A stretch of 64,000 nucleotides of DNA from a virus (taxonomy: Duplodnaviria > Caudoviricetes): IMG/VR virus record IMGVR_UViG_3300028275_000007, one strand, 5' to 3'. This document shows, piece after piece, positions 62,001 through 64,000 of this stretch. The translations under genes were made by a program, and so were the position numbers. The notes under the pieces were generated by a model. That model was not told where the DNA came from. It searched no databases and saw nothing but the letters and a program-made list of their open reading frames with translations. Positions within the stretch are counted from its first letter, which is position 1; every line of letters starts with the position of its first letter.

Positions 62001-64000
62001 TTCCTGCCCAGGTTGCTGAGGCCGATGCTGTTCTAGATGTCCACGATCCAGTTTCGCCTGTGAATGAAGTAAGAATCGTTGTAGATCCAGAAGCCTGGAG
62101 AACAAAGTTATCGTCACCGAAGACCATATTGGTCCAGGTTGCAGTAGCTGGTAATGTTACAGAAGTCCAAGAAGTACCATTAGTCGAGTATGCTGCTGCT
62201 GTGCCACCGCTTGCCACAGCAAGGAATCGATTGTAACCATAGGCTAAGGTATTCCAAGTACCAGAACTTGGCAATGCTCCTGTAGCCGTCCAGCTTATTC
62301 CATTGTCTGCAGAATATGCTGCTGCTGTTCCGCCAGTGGCAACAACAACAAAATATGTTGATGAACCAATGAGTCCAGCAGCAATCTTTGACCAAGTGGT
62401 AGACGATGGAAGTGCTCCACCGGCGACCCAAGTTTGTCCATCTAGAGAATAAGCTGTAGCAGTTCCTCCTGATACGTGTGCAACAAACACACCATTAGAG
62501 AATGTTATACTCTGCCAAGTTCCGGAACTTGGTAGTGTTGTAGATGTCCAAGTTCCGCCTCCGTTTGTTGAATATGCAGAAGTAGTTCCAGAGTTTCCAA
62601 TTGCAAGGAAATAATCAACCGATCCAATAGTTCCTGCAGCAATGCCAACCCAGGTAGTTGATGTAGGTAGGGTGCCTCCTGCCAACCAAGTTTGTCCATC
62701 AATAGAATATGCAGATGCTGTGCCGGCACCGCCTACAGCAACAAATCTACCATTGAGTCCTGCAACAGAATTCCATCCGGTAAGGCTTGTTGGCAACGAT
62801 CTTGCTGTGGCCGCAAATCCCGGAGCTGGTTGAGAAGAAATGCTAGTTAAAACTGTTGTTCCTGGTACTAGTCCGTGGTTACTTGTAAAATCAATTTGAA
62901 TAGTTGCAATAGCACCAACGTTTAAAGATGTTCCGTCAGTAATTTCGCCTGTGATAGGTTCACTAACGGTTAATGTTGGATATATTGAAATAGTATCGCC
63001 GGCAAACGGAGTTCCTGATGCTGTTACTGTTGTAATTGCACCGCTAGATATTCCTGTGACTAATAGTGTACAGTCGTTGTCTGGTGTGATTCCGTCTAGA
63101 TTATTTCCAGCAATTATTATTCTATTTCCAATTGCATAATCAGTTCCTTCGGATCCACTTACAATGGTTGCAGAATAGACTCCGTCGGTTCTTGTGACAT
63201 CAAATACTGCGCCTGATCCGATAACTGCAATGTTAGAAGAACTAATGCCTGTATAGGCAGCATCGCCCGAATCACCTACTGGAGATCCGCTGATTGTGTA
63301 ATCTACAATTGCTCCAGCAGTAACTCCGTCAACTTGAAGAGTAATATCATTTGCAGGTGATGCACCACCAAATGAAGTTCCGGCCCAAGTTACAGTATCG
63401 CCCGGGGCAAAACTTGCTCCACCATCGGCTAATGTTATGTTGTATGCTCCGGTACCGCCGGTTCTTACTACAGTAATTCTAGCACCTGTTCCAGCGCCTG
63501 TTGTAGTAGATTGAAGTACACTCGTATATGTTGCTCCACCGGAAATTGCTGTACCAGAAAAACTAAATGTAGCAATTGCATCACCAGTTAATGTGTCTAC
63601 AACAATAGTAATATCATTGGTTGAGTCTCCGCCTAAGCTGCTACCGCTAATTAATAATCTATCACCAATTGCATAACCAGACCCGGCATTGTTGACAGTA
63701 ACGATAAGGTATGTTCCAGCAGATCTAGACACATCAAATGTTGCACTAGTACCAACCTGGGCAACATTTGACCCGGTTTGATTTGTAATTACCGCATTAG
63801 CACCAACCAGTACTGCGCCAACTGTCCCGTTTAAATTTATTAAAGAACCATCTAAAGATGTTACAAATACAGAATCCCCAGCGTTGGAAATTGCCATCCC
63901 CTGTTGAATTCCTACAGGATTAGTTACTGTGAAATTTATGTCGTCAGCAGCAGTTGTATCTTTAATTGTTGCTACTATAGTTCCAGAACCAACAACACCT
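59011..64000 (-). CDS. giant tail fibre/baseplate virion protein (5' end outside the window)
   Basis: Frame stays open from 63897 to the window edge; Thr/Ser/Gly-rich; Trp-containing propeller-like repeats. Confidence 0.85.
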   Translation of the reverse strand, partial: GVVGSGTIVATIKDTTAADDINFTVTNPVGIQQGMAISNAGDSVFVTSLDGSLINLNGTVGAVLVGANAVITNQTGSNVAQVGTSATFDVSRSAGTYLIVTVNNAGSGYAIGDRLLISGSSLGGDSTNDITIVVDTLTGDAIATFSFSGTAISGGATYTSVLQSTTTGAGTGARITVVRTGGTGAYNITLADGGASFAPGDTVTWAGTSFGGASPANDITLQVDGVTAGAIVDYTISGSPVGDSGDAAYTGISSSNIAVIGSGAVFDVTRTDGVYSATIVSGSEGTDYAIGNRIIIAGNNLDGITPDNDCTLLVTGISSGAITTVTASGTPFAGDTISIYPTLTVSEPITGEITDGTSLNVGAIATIQIDFTSNHGLVPGTTVLTSISSQPAPGFAATARSLPTSLTGWNSVAGLNGRFVAVGGAGTASAYSIDGQTWLAGGTLPTSTTWVGIAAGTIGSVDYFLAIGNSGTTSAYSTNGGGTWTSTTLPSSGTWQSITFSNGVFVAHVSGGTATAYSLDGQTWVAGGALPSSTTWSKIAAGLIGSSTYFVVVATGGTAAAYSADNGISWTATGALPSSGTWNTLAYGYNRFLAVASGGTAAAYSTNGTSWTSVTLPATATWTNMVFGDDNFVLQASGSTTILTSFTGETGSWTSRTASASATWAGMAYLSYQGLGIFVSTANGTTAQSIVLTSANHQIATGPHVIVSVPTPTSVRLPARTTGTIDTSSVPLAGVVYARPDAYFTHRPFDGGVQLGTGNPSHGAQAIRQSKKYIRYQSGKGIMYTTGGLFAPSYNLSSATADGTTENSLITFTCDDTDHGLQAGAEIEIIGMVSFEYNGDYIVESIIDARRFRVRAGAVLSSTTGSLGPEAKVIMKRWHGSTVRIGAFDEQNGLFYQYDGREMAVVRRSSTNQLTGTVGISVDSNLITGTGTRFQDQLKVGDKVVLRGMSHIVTSIASQTSMTVSPDWRGATTITGAKLCVTQDLYIPQSEWNIDRLDGTGPSGYNILPWRMQMLGMQYSWYAAGFAEFMLRGSDGKFIFLHRMRNSNVNTEAYMRTANLPVRYEVENRSAVNKLAAAITSTAQTIPLTDASRFPNSGTIYIDNEVISYSGKSGNSLVGCTRAASFLTFIAGVNRTMSGGPNQAHPANSGVQLISCTTTPTISHWGSALLTDGMFDSDRGYIFNYAATGLSISTAKQTAFAIRLAPSVSNAIVGDLGERDLLNRAQLLLNQIAITADSGSGAIVVEGVLNPKNYPTDPAKITWTGLSSSASGGQPSFAQIALGGSINWGGVAPYTTTATVQGALTTTVAARSFSTVQNTIAAIAQPTGLTGQTSGIALSISRTDFYITNTQYDTLLTTTPLRVGDTLAAAPNFITGGQSITSITRAYLGSAYTRIIMSAPANNSSTLNTNVNVTVTSSISTAYASAVSTTRNDFLITNADYDVSYMQSSDILSASTYVTVNQTISSITRSYATVSGVSYTRIVMSSNGNSISPAGTGNNVTITITAAGSAASYAGTNYLFFTSPSWNASSGTVGTRVATSFTQFPAGTSVSAVSPRRLGSTTIQRVTFTQTSSATISAAGTVTFQFGDPQYAIPGEQVFSFLCQPGSLNALDLSELKELTTTAVGGRGAFPNGPDVLAINIYKTTGTAVPGGIILRWGEAQA

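Noticed and set aside
1-64000. tRNA, rRNA, CRISPR array, integrase, intron or intein
   Set aside because: No cloverleaf or T-loop signatures in intergenic gaps, no repeat-spacer arrays, and core genes have normal uninterrupted lengths by eye; tRNAscan and Infernal were not run.

Overview
This window is part of a large T4-like (Tevenvirinae-related, probably jumbo) myophage genome. No tRNA, rRNA or CRISPR array was seen. 1-9.5 kb is a GC-richer early/accessory region on the + strand: many small genes and a MoxR-vWA pair, driven by 16 near-consensus sigma70 promoters (TTGACA-N17-TATAAT type). 9.6-14.8 kb holds a methyltransferase, 2OG-Fe(II) oxygenases, an SGNH-like protein and a nucleotidyltransferase. 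15-26.6 kb is replication: gp41 helicase, gp61-like primase, a collapsed DnaE-like protein, a gp62-like protein, UvsW and a half carbamoyltransferase. 26.6-36.3 kb is a 13-gene glycosylation island between uvsW and uvsY. 36.3-39.3 kb is uvsY-uvsX-gp32, followed by three small secreted-protein genes. 40.5-64 kb is morphogenesis: terminase, gp4, tail tube, tail sheath, gp1, neck gp13/14, gp15, and a giant tail protein that runs off the window. The most striking unexplained signal is translational. At least 11 early genes share a (G)GAGCG(AA) motif between the Shine-Dalgarno and the start codon. The exact complement (UUCGCUCC) is displayed in a conserved hairpin loop in the 3' UTRs of two early genes that lack the motif, suggesting a multi-target antisense switch. 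In contrast, at least 10 late genes have the T4 late box exactly 5 nt before the ATG, which implies leaderless mRNAs. Family assignments come from motif recognition only; no searches were run.
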